A stretch of DNA of 64,000 nucleotides, from assembly GCA_964016885.1 (NCBI GenBank), contig OZ024748.1, positions 36,394,001 to 36,458,000 of the forward strand, in the 5' to 3' direction. The DNA comes from Eledone cirrhosa. Its lineage: Eukaryota. This document shows positions 15,520-30,300 of this stretch, one piece after another. Position 1 is the stretch's first letter. Each line of letters begins with the position of its first letter. Both the position numbers and the translations under genes were made by a program. The notes under the pieces were generated by a model. It worked only from the letters and a program-made list of their open reading frames with translations. It did not search any database and was not told the DNA's origin.

Positions 15520-18500
15520 CATAGTTATAATCTAAGGTGAACAACACAACCTCACAGTCTTTCATAGTTATAATATAAGGTTAACAACACAACCACACAG
15601 TCTGTCATAGTTATAATATAAGGTTAACAACAACAAAAGCTTACAGTCTGTCATAGTTATAATATAAGGTCAACAACACAACCTCACAGTCTGTCATAGT
15701 TATAATATAAGGTTAACAACACAACCTCACAGTCTGTCATAGTTATAATATAAGGTTAACAACACAACCTCACAGTCTGTCATAGTTATAATATAAGGTT
15801 AACAACACAACCTCACAGTCTGTCATAGTTATAATATAAGGTTAACAACAACACAACCACACAGTCTGTCATAGTTATAATATAAGGTTAACAACACAAC
15901 CTCACAGTCTGTCATAGTTGTAATATAAGGTTAACAACACAACCTCACAGTCTGTCATAGTTATAATATAAGGTTAACAACACAACCTCACAGTCTGTCA
16001 TAGTTATAATATAAGTTTAACAACAATACAAGCTCACAGTCTGTCATAGTTATAATATAAGGTTAACAACACAACCACACAGTCTGTCAGTTATAATATA
16101 AGGTTAACAACACAACCTCACAGTCTGTCATAGTTATAATATAAGGTTAACAACAACACAGCCACACAGTCTGTCATAGTTATAATATAAGGTTAACAAC
16201 ACAGCCTCACAGTCTGTCATAGTTATAATATAAGGTTAACAACAACACAACCTCACAGTCTGTCATAGTTATAATATAAGGTTAACAACAGAACCTCACA
16301 GACTGTCATAGTTATAATATAAGGTTAACAACAACAACACAACCTCACAGTCTGTCATAGTTATAATATAAGGTTAACAACAAGACAGCCACACAGTCTG
16401 TCATAGTTATAATATAAGGTTAACAACAACACAGCCACACAGTGTGTCATAGTTATAATATGAGGTTAACAACACAACCTCACAGTCTGTCTTAGTTATA
16501 ATATAAGGTTAACAACACAACCTCACAGTCTGTCATAGTTATAATATAAGGTTAACAACACAACCTCACAGTCTGTCATAGTTATAATATAAGTTTAAAA
16601 ACAACACAAGCTCACAATCTGTCATAGTTATAATATAAGGTTAACCACACAACCACACAGTCTATCATAGATATAATATAAGGTTAACAACACAACCACA
16701 CAGTCTGTCATAGTTATAATATAAGGTTAACAATACAACCACACAGTCTGTCATAGTTATAATATAAGGTTAACAACACAACCTCAGAGTCTGTCATAGT
16801 TATAATATAAGGTTAACAACACAACCACACAGTCTGTCATAGTTATAATATAAGGTTAACAACACAACCACACAGTCTGTCATAGTTATAATATAAGGTT
16901 AACAACAACACAGCCTCACAGTCTATCATAGTTATAATATAAGGTTAACAACACGACCTCACAGTCTGTCATAGTTATAATATAAGGTTAACAACACAAC
17001 CTCACAGTCTGTCATAGTTATAATATAAGGTTAACAACACAACCTCACAGTCTCTCTTAGTTATAATATAAGGTTAACAACAACACAGCCTCACAGTCTG
17101 TCATAGTTATAATATAAGGTTAACAACAACACAGCCTCACAGTCTGTCATAGTTATAATATAAGGTTAACAACACAACCTCACAGTTTGTAATAGTTACA
17201 ATATAAGGTTAACAACAACACAGCCTCACAGTCTGTCATAGTTATAATATAAGGTTAACAACACAACCTCACAGTCTGTCATAGTTATAATATAAGGTTA
17301 ACAACAACACAAGCTCACAGTCTGTCAGTTATAATATAAGGTTAACAACACAACCTCACAGTCTGTCAGTTATAATATAAGGTTAACAACACGACCACAC
17401 AGTCTGTCATTGTTATAATATAAGGTTAACAACAACACAACCACACAGTCTGTCATAGTTATAATATAAGGTTAACAACAACACAGCCTCACAGTCTATC
17501 ATAGTTATAATCTAAGGTGAACAACACAACCTCACAGTCTTTCATAGTTATAATATAAGGTTAACAACACAACCACACAGTCTGTCATAGTTATAATATA
17601 AGGTTAACAACAACAAAAGCTTACAGTCTGTCATAGTTATAACATAAGGTCAACAACACAACCTCACAGTCTGTCATAGTTATAATATAAGGTTAACAAC
17701 ACAACCTCACAGTCTGTCATAGTTATAATATAAGGTTAACAACACAACCTCACAGTCTGTCATAGTTATAATATAAGGTTAACAACACAACCTCACAGTC
17801 TGTCATAGTTATAATATAAGGTTAACAACAACACAACCACACAGTCTGTCATAGTTATAATATAAGGTTAACAACACAACCTCACAGTCTGTCATAGTTG
17901 TAATATAAGGTTAACAACACAACCTCACAGTCTGTCATAGTTATAATATAAGGTTAACAACACAACCTCACAGTCTGTCATAGTTATAATATAAGTTTAA
18001 CAACAATACAAGCTCACAGTCTGTCATAGTTATAATATAAGGTTAACAACACAACCACACAGTCTGTCAGTTATAATATAAGGTTAACAACACAACCTCA
18101 CAGTCTGTCATAGTTATAATATAAGGTTAACAACAACACAGCCACACAGTCTGTCATAGTTATAATATAAGGTTAACAACACAACCTCACAGTCTGTCAT
18201 AGTTATAATATAAGGTTAACAACAACACAACCTCACAGTCTGTCATAGTTATAATATAAGGTTAACAACAGAACCTCACAGACTGTCATAGTTATAATAT
18301 AAGGTTAACAACAACAACACAACCTCACAGTCTGTCATAGTTATAATATAAGGTTAACAACAAGACAGCCACACAGTCTGTCATAGTTATAATATAAGGT
18401 TAACAACAACACAGCCACACAGTGTGTCATAGTTATAATATGAGGTTAACAACACAACCTCACAGTCTGTCTTAGTTATAATATAAGGTTAACAACACAA

Positions 18501-19490
18501 CCTCACAGTCTGTCATAGTTATAATATAAGGTTAACAACACAACCTCACAGTCTGTCATAGTTATAATATAAGTTTAAAAACAACACAAGCTCACAATCT
18601 GTCATAGTTATAATATAAGGTTAACCACACAACCACACAGTCTATCATAGATATAATATAAGGTTAACAACACAACCACACAGTCTGTCATAGTTATAAT
18701 ATAAGGTTAACAATACAACCACACAGTCTGTCATAGTTATAATATAAGGTTAACAACACAACCTCACAGTCTGTCATAGTTATAATATAAGGTTAACAAC
18801 ACAACCACACAGTCTGTCATAGTTATAATATAAGGTTAACAACACAACCACACAGTCTGTCATAGTTATAATATAAGGTTAACAACAACACAGCCTCACA
18901 GTCTATCATAGTTATAATATAAGGTTAACAACACGACCTCACAGTCTGTCATAGTTATAATATAAGGTTAACAACACAACCTCACAGTCTGTCATAGTTA
19001 TAATATAAGGTTAACAACACAACCTCACAGTCTCTCATAGTTATAATATAAGGTTAACAACAACACAGCCTCACAGTCTGTCATAGTTATAATATAAGGT
19101 TAACAACAACACAGCCTCACAGTCTGTCATAGTTATAATATAAGGTTAACAACACAACCTCACAGTCTGTAATAGTTACAATATAAGGTTAACAACAACA
19201 CAGCCTCACAGTCTGTCATAGTTATAATATAAGGTTAACAACACAACCTCACAGTCTGTCATAGTTATAATATAAGGTTAACAACAACACAAGCTCACAG
19301 TCTGTCAGTTATAATATAAGGTTAACAACACAACCTCACAGTCTGTCAGTTATAATATAAGGTTAACAACACGACCACACAGTCTGTCATTGTTATAATA
19401 TAAGGTTAACAACAACACAACCACACAGTCTGTCATAGTTATAATATAAGGTTAACAACAACACAGCCTCACAGTCTATCATAGTTATAA
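15520..19490. repeat. Higher-order tandem duplication, offset 1980 bp
   Basis: TCTAAGGTGA 15531/17511, GACTGTCATA 16301/18281, CTTAGTTATA 16491/18471. Confidence 0.9.
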
Positions 19491-22400
19491 TATAAGGTTA
19501 ACAACACGACCTCACAGTCTGTCATAGTTATAATATAAGGTTAACAACACAACCTCACAGTCTGTCATAGTTATAATATAAGGTTAACAACACAACCTCA
19601 CAGTCTCTCATAGTTATAATATAAGGTTAACAACAACACAGCCTCACAGTCTGTCATAGTTATAATATAAGGTTAACAACACAACCTCACAGTCTGTCAG
19701 TTATAATATAAGGTTAACAACACAACCTCACAATCTGTCATAGTTATAATATAAGGTTAACAACACAACCTCACAGTCTTTCATAGTTATAATATAAGGT
19801 TAACAACACAACCTCACAGTCTGTCATAGTTATAATATAAGGTTAACAACACAACCTCACAGTCTGTCATAGTTATAATATAAGGTTAACAACAACACAA
19901 CCTCACAGTCTGTCAGTTATAATATAAGGTTAACAACACAACCTCACAGTCTGTCATAGTTATAATATAAGGTTAACAACAACACAACCTCACAGTCTGT
20001 CAGTTATAATATAAGGTTAACAACATCACCAAGCAGTCTGTCATTGTTATAAAATAAGGTTAACAACACAACCTCACAGTCTGTCATGGTTATAATATAT
20101 GGTTAACAACAACACAACCTCACAGTCTGTCAGTTATAATATAAGGTTAACAACACAACCTCACAGTCTGTCATAGTTATAATATAAGGTTAACAACAAC
20201 ACAACCTCACAGTCTGTTAGTTATAATATAAGGTTAACAATACAACCTCACAGTCTTTCATAGTTATAATATAAGGTTAACAACACAACCCCACAGTCTG
20301 TCATAGTTATAATATAAGGTTAACAACACAATCTCACAGTCTGTCATAGTTATAATATGAGGTTAACAATACAACCACACAGTCTGTCATAGTTATAATA
20401 TAAGGTTAACAACAACACAAGCTCACAGTCTGTCATAGTTATAATATAAGGTTAACAACACAACCACACAGTCTTTAATAGTTATAATATAAGATTAACA
20501 ACACAACCTCACAGTCTGTCATAGTTATAATATAAGGTTAACAACACAACCTCACAGTCTGTCATAGTGATAATATAAGGTTAACAACAACACAACCTCA
20601 CAGTCTGTCATAGTTATAATATAAGGTTAACAACAACACAAGCTCACAGTCTGTCATAGTTATAATATAAGGTTAACAACACAACCACACAGTCTGTCAT
20701 AGTTATAATATAAGGTTAACAACACAACCTCACAGTCTGTCATAGTTATAATATAAGGTTAACAACACAACCTCACAGTCTGTCATAGTTATAATATAAG
20801 GTTAACAACACAACCTCACAGTCTGTCATAGTTATAATATAAGGTTAACAACAACAGAGCCTCACAGTCTGTCATAGTTATAATATAAGGTTAACAACAC
20901 AACCTCACAGTCTGTCAGTTATAATATAAGGTTAACAGCACAACCTCACAGTCTGTCATAGTTATAATATAAGGTTAACAACACAACCTCACAGTCTGTC
21001 ATAGTTATAATATAAGGTTAACAACACAACCTCACAGTCTGTCATAGTTATTATATAAGGTTAACAACAACACAACCTCACAGTCTGTCATAGTTCTAAT
21101 ATAAGGTTAACAACAACACAACCTCACAGTTTTTCATAGTTATAATATAAGGTTAACAACAACACAACCTCACAGTCTGTCATAGTTATAATATAAGGTT
21201 AACAACACAACCTCACAGTCTGTCATAGTTATAATATAAGGTTAACAACACAACCTCACAGTCTGTCATAGATATAATATAAGGTTAACAACACAACCTC
21301 ACAGTCTGTCAGTTATAATATAAGGTTAACAACAACACAAGCTCACAGTCTGTCATAGTTATAATATAAGGTTAACAACACAACCTCACAGTCTGTCATA
21401 GTTATTATATAAGGTTAACAACAACACAACCTCACAGTCTGTCATAGTTCTAATATAAGGTTAACAACACAACCTCACAGTCTGTCATAGTTATTATATA
21501 AGGTTAACAAGAACACAACCTCACAGTCTGTCATAGTTATAATCTAAGGTGAACAACACAACCTCACAGTCTTTCATAGTTATAATATAAGGTTAACAAC
21601 ACAACCACACAGTCTGTCATAGTTATAATATAAGGTTAACAACAACACAAGCTCACAGTCTGTCATAGTTATAATATAAGGTTAACAACACAACCACACA
21701 GTCTGTCATAGTTATAATATAAGGTTAACAACACAACCTCACAGTCTGTCATAGTTATAATATAAGGTTAACAACACAACCTCACAGTCTGTCATAGTTA
21801 TAATATAAGGTTAACAACACAACCTCACAGTCTGTCATAGTTATAATATAAGGTTAACAACACAACCTCACAGTCTGTCATAGTTATAATATAAGGTTAA
21901 CAACACAACCTCACAGTCTGTCATAGTTATAATATAAGGTTAACAACACAACCTCACAGTCTGTCATAGTTATAATATAAGGTTAACAACACAACCTCAC
22001 AGTCTGTCATAGTTATAATATAAGGTTAACCTACAGCACAACCACACAGTCTGTCATAGTTATAATATAAGGTTAACAACACAACCTCACAGTCTGTCAT
22101 AGTTATAATATAAGGTTAACAACACAACCTCACAGTCTGTCATAGTTATAATATAAGGTTAACAACAACACAACCACACAGTCTGTTATAGTTATAATAT
22201 AAGGTTAACAACACAACCTCACAGTCTGTCATAGTTATAATATAAGTTTAACAACAATACAAGCTCACAGTCTGTCATAGTTATAATATAAGGTTAACAA
22301 TACAACCACACAGTCTGTCAGTTATAATATAAGGTTAACAACACAACCACACAGTCTGTCATAGTTATAATATAAGGTTAACAACAACAGAGCCACACAG

Positions 22401-24399
22401 TCTGTCATAGTTATAATATAAGGTTAACAACACAACCTCACAGTCTGTCATAGTTATAATATAAGTTTAACAACAATACAAGCTCACAGTCTGTCATAGT
22501 TATAATATAAGGTTAACAATACAACCACACAGTCTGTCAGTTATAATATAAGGTTAACAACACAACCTCACAGTCTGTCATAGTTATAATATAAGGTTAA
22601 CAACAACAGAGCCACACAGTCTGTCATAGTTATAATATAAGGTTAACAACACAACCTCACAGTCTGTCATAGTTATAATATGAGGTTAACAACAACACAA
22701 CCTCACAGTCTGTCATAGTTATAATATAAGGTTAACAACACAACCTCACAGTCTGTCATAGTTATAATATAAGGTTAACAACAACAACACAACCTCACAG
22801 TCTGTCATAGTTATAATATAAGGTTAACAACAACACAGCCACACAGTGTGTCATAGTTATAATATAAGGTTAACAACAAGACAGCCACACAGTCTGTCAT
22901 AGTTATAATATAAGGTTAACAACAACACAGCCACACAGTGTGTCATAGTTATAATATAAGGTTAACAACAACAGAGCCACACAGTCTGTCATAGTTATAA
23001 TATAAGGTTAACAACACAACCTCACAGTCTGTCATAGTTATAATATAAGGTTAACAACAACACAACCTCACAGTCTGTCATAGTTATAATCTAAGGTGAA
23101 CAACACAACCTCACAGTCTGTCATAGTTATAATATAAGGTTAACAACACAACCTCACAGTCTGTCATAGTTATAATATAAGGTTAACAGCAACAACACAA
23201 CCTCACAGTCTGTCATAGTTATAATATAAGGTTAACAACAAGACAGCCACACAGTCTGTCATAGTTATAATATAAGGTTAACAACAACACAGCCACACAG
23301 TGTGTCATAGTTATAATATAAGGTTAACAACACAACCTCACAGTCTGTCATAGTTATAATATAAGGTTAACAACAACACAAGCTCACAGTCTGTCATAGA
23401 TATAATATAAGGTTAACAACACAACCACACAGGCTGTCATAGTTATAATATAAGGTTAACAACAACACAAGCTCACAGTCTGTCATAGTTATAATATAAG
23501 GTTAACAACACAACCACACAGTCTGTCATAGTTATAAAATAAGGTTAACAACACAACCTCACAGTCTGTCATAGTTATAATATAAGGTTAACAACACAAC
23601 CTCACAGTCTGTCATAGTTATAATATAAGGTTAACAACACAACCTCACAGTCTGTCATAGTTATAATATAAGGTTAACAACACAACCTCACAGTCTGTCA
23701 TAGTTATAATATAAGGTTAACAACAACACAACCACACAGTCTGTTATAGTTATAATATAAGGTTAACAACACAACCTCACAGTCTGTCATAGTTATAATA
23801 TAAGTTTAACAACAATACAAGCTCACAGTCTGTCATAGTTATAATATAAGGTTAACAATACAACCACACAGTCTGTCAGTTATAATATAAGGTTAACAAC
23901 ACAACCACACAGTCTGTCATAGTTATAATATAAGGTTAACAACAACAGAGCCACACAGTCTGTCATAGTTATAATATAAGGTTAACAACACAACCTCACA
24001 GTCTGTCATAGTTATAATATAAGGTTAACAACACAACCTCACAGTCTGTCATAGTTATAATATAAGGTTAACAACAACACAACCTCACAGTCTGTCATAG
24101 TTATAATATAAGGTTAACAACAACAGAGCCTCACAGTCTGTCATAGTTATAATATAAGATTAACAACACAACCTCACAGACTGTCAGTTATAATATAAGG
24201 TTAACAACACAACCTCACAGTCTGTCATAGTTATAATATAAGGTTAACAACACAACCACACAGTCTGTCATAGTTATTATATAAGGTTAACACAACCTCA
24301 CAGTCTTTCATAGTTATAATATAAGGTTAACAACACAACCACACAGTCTGTCATAGTTATAATATAAGGTTAACAACACAACCTCACAGTCTGTCATAG

Positions 24400-27300
24400 T
24401 TATAATATAAGGTTAACAACACAACCTCACAGTCTGTCATAGTTATAATATAAGGTTAACAACACAACCTCACAGTCTGTCATAGTTATAATATCAGGTT
24501 AACAACACAACCTCACAGTCTGTCATAGTTATAATATAAGGTTAACAACAGCACAACCACACAGTCTGTCATAGTTATAATATAAGGTTAACAACACAAC
24601 CTCACAGTCTGTCATAGTTATAATATAAGGTTAACAACAAGACAGCCACACAGTCTGTCATAGTTATAATATAAGGTTAACAACAACACAGCCACACAGT
24701 GTGTCATAGTTATAATATAAGGTTAACAACACAACCTCACAGTCTGTCATAGTTATAATATAAGGTTAACAACAACACAAGCTCACAGTCTGTTATAGTT
24801 ATAATATAAGGTTAACAACACAACCTCACAGTCTGTCATAGTTATAATATAAGGTTAACAACACAACCTCACAGTCTGTCATAGTTATAATATAAGGTTA
24901 ACAACAAGACAGCCACACAGTCTGTCATAGTTATAATATAAGGTTAACAACAACACAGCCACACAGTGTGTCATAGTTATAATATAAGGTTAACAACACA
25001 ACCTCACAGTCTGTCATAGTTATAATATAAGGTTAACAACAACACAAGCTCACAGTCTGTCATAGATATAATATAAGGTTAACAACACAACCACACAGGC
25101 TGTCATAGTTATAATATAAGGTTAACAACAACACAAGTTCACAGTCTGTCATAGTTATAATATAAGGTTAACAACACAACCACACAGTCTGTCATAGTTA
25201 TAAAATAAGGTTAACAACACAACCTCACAGTCTGTCATAGTTATAATATAAGGTTAACAACACAACCTCACAGTCTGTCATAGTTATAATATAAGGTTAA
25301 CAACACAACCTCACAGTCTGTCATAGTTATAATATAAGGTTAACAACACAACCTCACAGTCTGTCATAGTTATAATATAAGGTTAACAACACAACCTCAC
25401 AGTCTGTCATAGTTATAATATAAGGTTAACAACAACACAACCACACAGTCTGTTATAGTTATAATATAAGGTTAACAACACAACCTCACAATCTGTCATA
25501 GTTATAATATAAGTTTAACAACAATACAAGCTCACAGTCTGTCATAGTTATAATATAAGGTTAACAATACAACCACACAGTCTGTCAGTTATAATATAAG
25601 GTTAACAACACAACCACACAGTCTGTCATAGTTATAATATAAGGTTAACAACAACAGAGCCACACAGTCTGTCATAGTTATAATATAAGGTAAACAACAC
25701 AACCTCACAGTCTGTCATAGTTATAATATAAGGTTAACAACACAACCTCACAGTCTGTCATAGTTATAATATAAGGTTAACAACAACACAAGCTCACAGT
25801 CTGTCATAGATATAATATAAGGTTAACAACACAACCACACAGTCTGTCATAGTTATAATATAAGGTTAACAACAACACAAGCTCACAGTCTGTCATAGTT
25901 ATAATATAAGGTTAACAACACAACCACACAGTCTGTCATAGTTATAATATAAGGTTAACAACACAACCTCACAGTCTGTCATAGTTATAATATAAGGTTA
26001 ACAACACAACCTCACAGTCTTTCATAGTTATAATATAAGGTTAACAACACAACCTCACAGTCTGTCATAGTTATAATATAAGGTTAACAACACAACCTCA
26101 CAGTCTGTCATAGTTATAATATAAGGTTAACAACACAACCTCACAGTCTGTCATAGTTATAATATAAGGTTAACAACACAACCTCACAGTCTGTCATAGT
26201 TATAATATAAGGTTAACAACACAACCTCACAGTCTGTCATAGTTATAATATAAGGTTAACCTACAGCACAACCACACAGTCTGTTATAGTTATAATATAA
26301 GGTTAACAACACAACCTCACAGTCTGTCATAGTTATAATATAAGGTTAACAACACAACCTCACAGTCTGTCATAGTGATAATATAAGGTTAACAACAACA
26401 CAACCACACAGTCTGTTATAGTTATAATATAAGGTTAACAACACAACCTCACAGTCAGTCATAGTTATAATATAAGTTTAACAACAATACAAGCTCACAG
26501 TCTGTCATAGTTATAATATAAGGTTAACAATACAACCACACAGTCTGTCAGTTATAATATAAGGTTAACAACACAACCACACAGTCTGTCATAGTTATAA
26601 TATAAGGTTAATAACAACAGAGCCACACAGTCTGTCATAGTTATAATATAAGGTTAACAACACAACCTCACAGTCTGTCATAGTTATAATATGAGGTTAA
26701 CAACAATACAAGCTCACAGTCTGTCATAGTTATAATATAAGGTTAACAACACAACCTCACAGTCTGTCATAGTTATAATATAAGGTTAACAACAACAACA
26801 CAACCTCACAGTCTGTCATAGTTATAATATAAGGTTAACAACAACACAGCCACACAGTGTGTCATAGTTATAATATAAGGTTAACAACAAGACAGCCACA
26901 CAGTCTGTCATAGTTATAATATAAGGTTAACAACACAACCTCACAGTCTGTCATAGTTATAATATCAGGTTAACAACACAACCTCACAGTCTGTCATAGT
27001 TATAATATAAGGTTAACAACAGCACAACCACACAGTCTGTCATAGTTATAATATAAGGTTAACAACACAACCTCACAGTCTGTCATAGTTATAATATAAG
27101 GTTAACAACAAGACAGCCACACAGTCTGTCATAGTTATAATATAAGGTTAACAACAACACAGCCACACAGTGTGTCATAGTTATAATATAAGGTTAACAA
27201 CACAACCTCACAGTCTGTCATAGTTATAATATAAGGTTAACAACAACACAAGCTCACAGTCTGTTATAGTTATAATATAAGGTTAACAACACAACCTCAC

Positions 27301-30300
27301 AGTCTGTCATAGTTATAATATAAGGTTAACAACACAACCTCACAGTCTGTCATAGTTATAATATAAGGTTAACAACAAGACAGCCACACAGTCTGTCATA
27401 GTTATAATATAAGGTTAACAACAACACAGCCACACAGTGTGTCATAGTTATAATATAAGGTTAACAACACAACCTCACAGTCTGTCATAGTTATAATATA
27501 AGGTTAACAACAACACAAGCTCACAGTCTGTCATAGATATAATATAAGGTTAACAACACAACCACACAGGCTGTCATAGTTATAATATAAGGTTAACAAC
27601 AACACAAGCTCACAGTCTGTCATAGTTATAATATAAGGTTAACAACACAACCACACAGTCTGTCATAGTTATAAAATAAGGTTAACAACACAACCTCACA
27701 GTCTGTCATAGTTATAATATAAGGTTAACAACACAACCTCACAGTCTGTCATAGTTATAATATAAGGTTAACAACACAACCTCACAGTCTGTCATAGTTA
27801 TAATATAAGGTTAACAACACAACCTCACAGTCTGTCATAGTTATAATATAAGGTTAACAACACAACCTCACAGTCTGTCATAGTTATAATATAAGGTTAA
27901 CAACAACACAACCACACAGTCTGTTATAGTTATAATATAAGGTTAACAACACAACCTCACAATCTGTCATAGTTATAATATAAGTTTAACAACAATACAA
28001 GCTCACAGTCTGTCATAGTTATAATATAAGGTTAACAATACAACCACACAGTCTGTCAGTTATAATATAAGGTTAACAACACAACCACACAGTCTGTCAT
28101 AGTTATAATATAAGGTTAACAACAACAGAGCCACACAGTCTGTCATAGTTATAATATAAGGTTAACAACACAACCTCACAGTCTGTCATAGTTATAATAT
28201 AAGGTTAACAACACAACCTCACAGTCTGTCATAGTTATAATATAAGGTTTACAACAACACAAGCTCACAGTCTGTCATAGATATAATATAAGGTTAACAA
28301 CACAACCACACAGTCTGTCATAGTTATAATATAAGGTTAACAACAACACAAGCTCACAGTCTGTCATAGTTATAATATAAGGTTAACAACACAACCACAC
28401 AGTCTGTCATAGTTATAATATAAGGTTAACAACACAACCTCACAGTCTGTCATAGTTATAATATAAGGTTAACAACACAACCTCACAGTCTGTCATAGTT
28501 ATAATATAAGGTTAACAACACAACCTCACAGTCTGTCATAGTTATAATATAAGGTTAACAACACAACCTCACAGTCTGTCATAGTTATAATATAAGGTTA
28601 ACAACACAACCTCACAGTCTGTCATAGTTATAATATAAGGTTAACAACACAACCTCACAGTCTGTCATAGTTATAATATAAGGTTAACAACACAACCTCA
28701 CAGTCTGTCATAGTTATAATATAAGGTTAACCTACAGCACAACCACACAGTCTGTCATAGTTATAATATAAGGTTAACAACACAACCTCACAGTCTGTCA
28801 TAGTTATAATATAAGGTTAACAACACAACCTCACAGTCTGTCATAGTGATAATATAAGGTTAACAACAACACAACCACACAGTCTGTTATAGTTATAATA
28901 TAAGGTTAACAACACAACCTCACAGTCAGTCATAGTTATAATATAAGTTTAACAACAATACAAGCTCACAGTCTGTCATAGTTATAATATAAGGTTAACA
29001 ATACAACCACACAGTCTGTCAGTTATAATATAAGGTTAACAACACAACCACACAGTCTGTCATAGTTATAATATAAGGTTAACAACAACAGAGCCACACA
29101 GTCTGTCATAGTTATAATATAAGGTTAACAACACAACCTCACAGTCTGTCATAGTTATAATATGAGGTTAACAACAATACAAGCTCACAGTCTGTCATAG
29201 TTATAATATAAGGTTAACAACACAACCTCACAGTCTGTCATAGTTATAATATAAGGTTAACAACAACAACACAACCTCACAGTCTGTCATAGTTATAATA
29301 TAAGGTTAACAACAACACAGCCACACAGTGTGTCATAGTTATAATATAAGGTTAACAACAAGACAGCCACACAGTCTGTCATAGTTATAATATAAGGTTA
29401 ACAACAACACAGCCACACAGTGTGTCATAGTTATAATATAAGGTTAACAACAACAGAGCCACACAGTCTGTCATAGTTATAATATAAGGTTAACAACACA
29501 ACCTCACAGTCTGTCATAGTTATAATATAAGGTTAACAACAACACAACCTCACAGTCTGTCATAGTTATAATTCAAGGTGAACAACACAACCTCACAGTC
29601 TGTCATAGTTATAATATAAGGTTAACAACACAACCTCACAGTCTGTCATAGTTATAATATAAGGTTAACAGCAACAACACAACCTCACAGTCTGTCATAG
29701 TTATAATATAAGGTTAACAACAAGACAGCCACACAGTCTGTCATAGTTATAATATAAGGTTAACAACAACACAGCCACAGAGTGTGTCATAGTTATAATA
29801 TAAGGTTAACAACACAACCTCACAGTCTGTCATAGTTATAATATAAGGTTTACAACAACACAAGCTCACAGTCTGTCATAGATATAATATAAGGTTAACA
29901 ACACAACCACACAGGCTGTCATAGTTATAATATAAGGTTAACAACAACACAAGCTCACAGTCTGTCATAGTTATAATATAAGGTTAACAACACAACCACA
30001 CAGTCTGTCATAGTTATAAAATAAGGTTAACAACACAACCTCACAGTCTGTCATAGTTATAATATAAGGTTAACAACACAACCTCACAGTCTGTCATAGT
30101 TATAATATAAGGTTAACAACACAACCTCACAGTCTGTCATAGTTATAATATAAGGTTAACAACACAACCTCACAGTCTGTCATAGTTATAATATAAGGTT
30201 AACAACACAACCTCACAGTCTGTCATAGTTATAATATAAGGTTAACAACACAACCTCACAGTCTGTCATAGTTATAATATAAGGTTAACAACACAACCTC

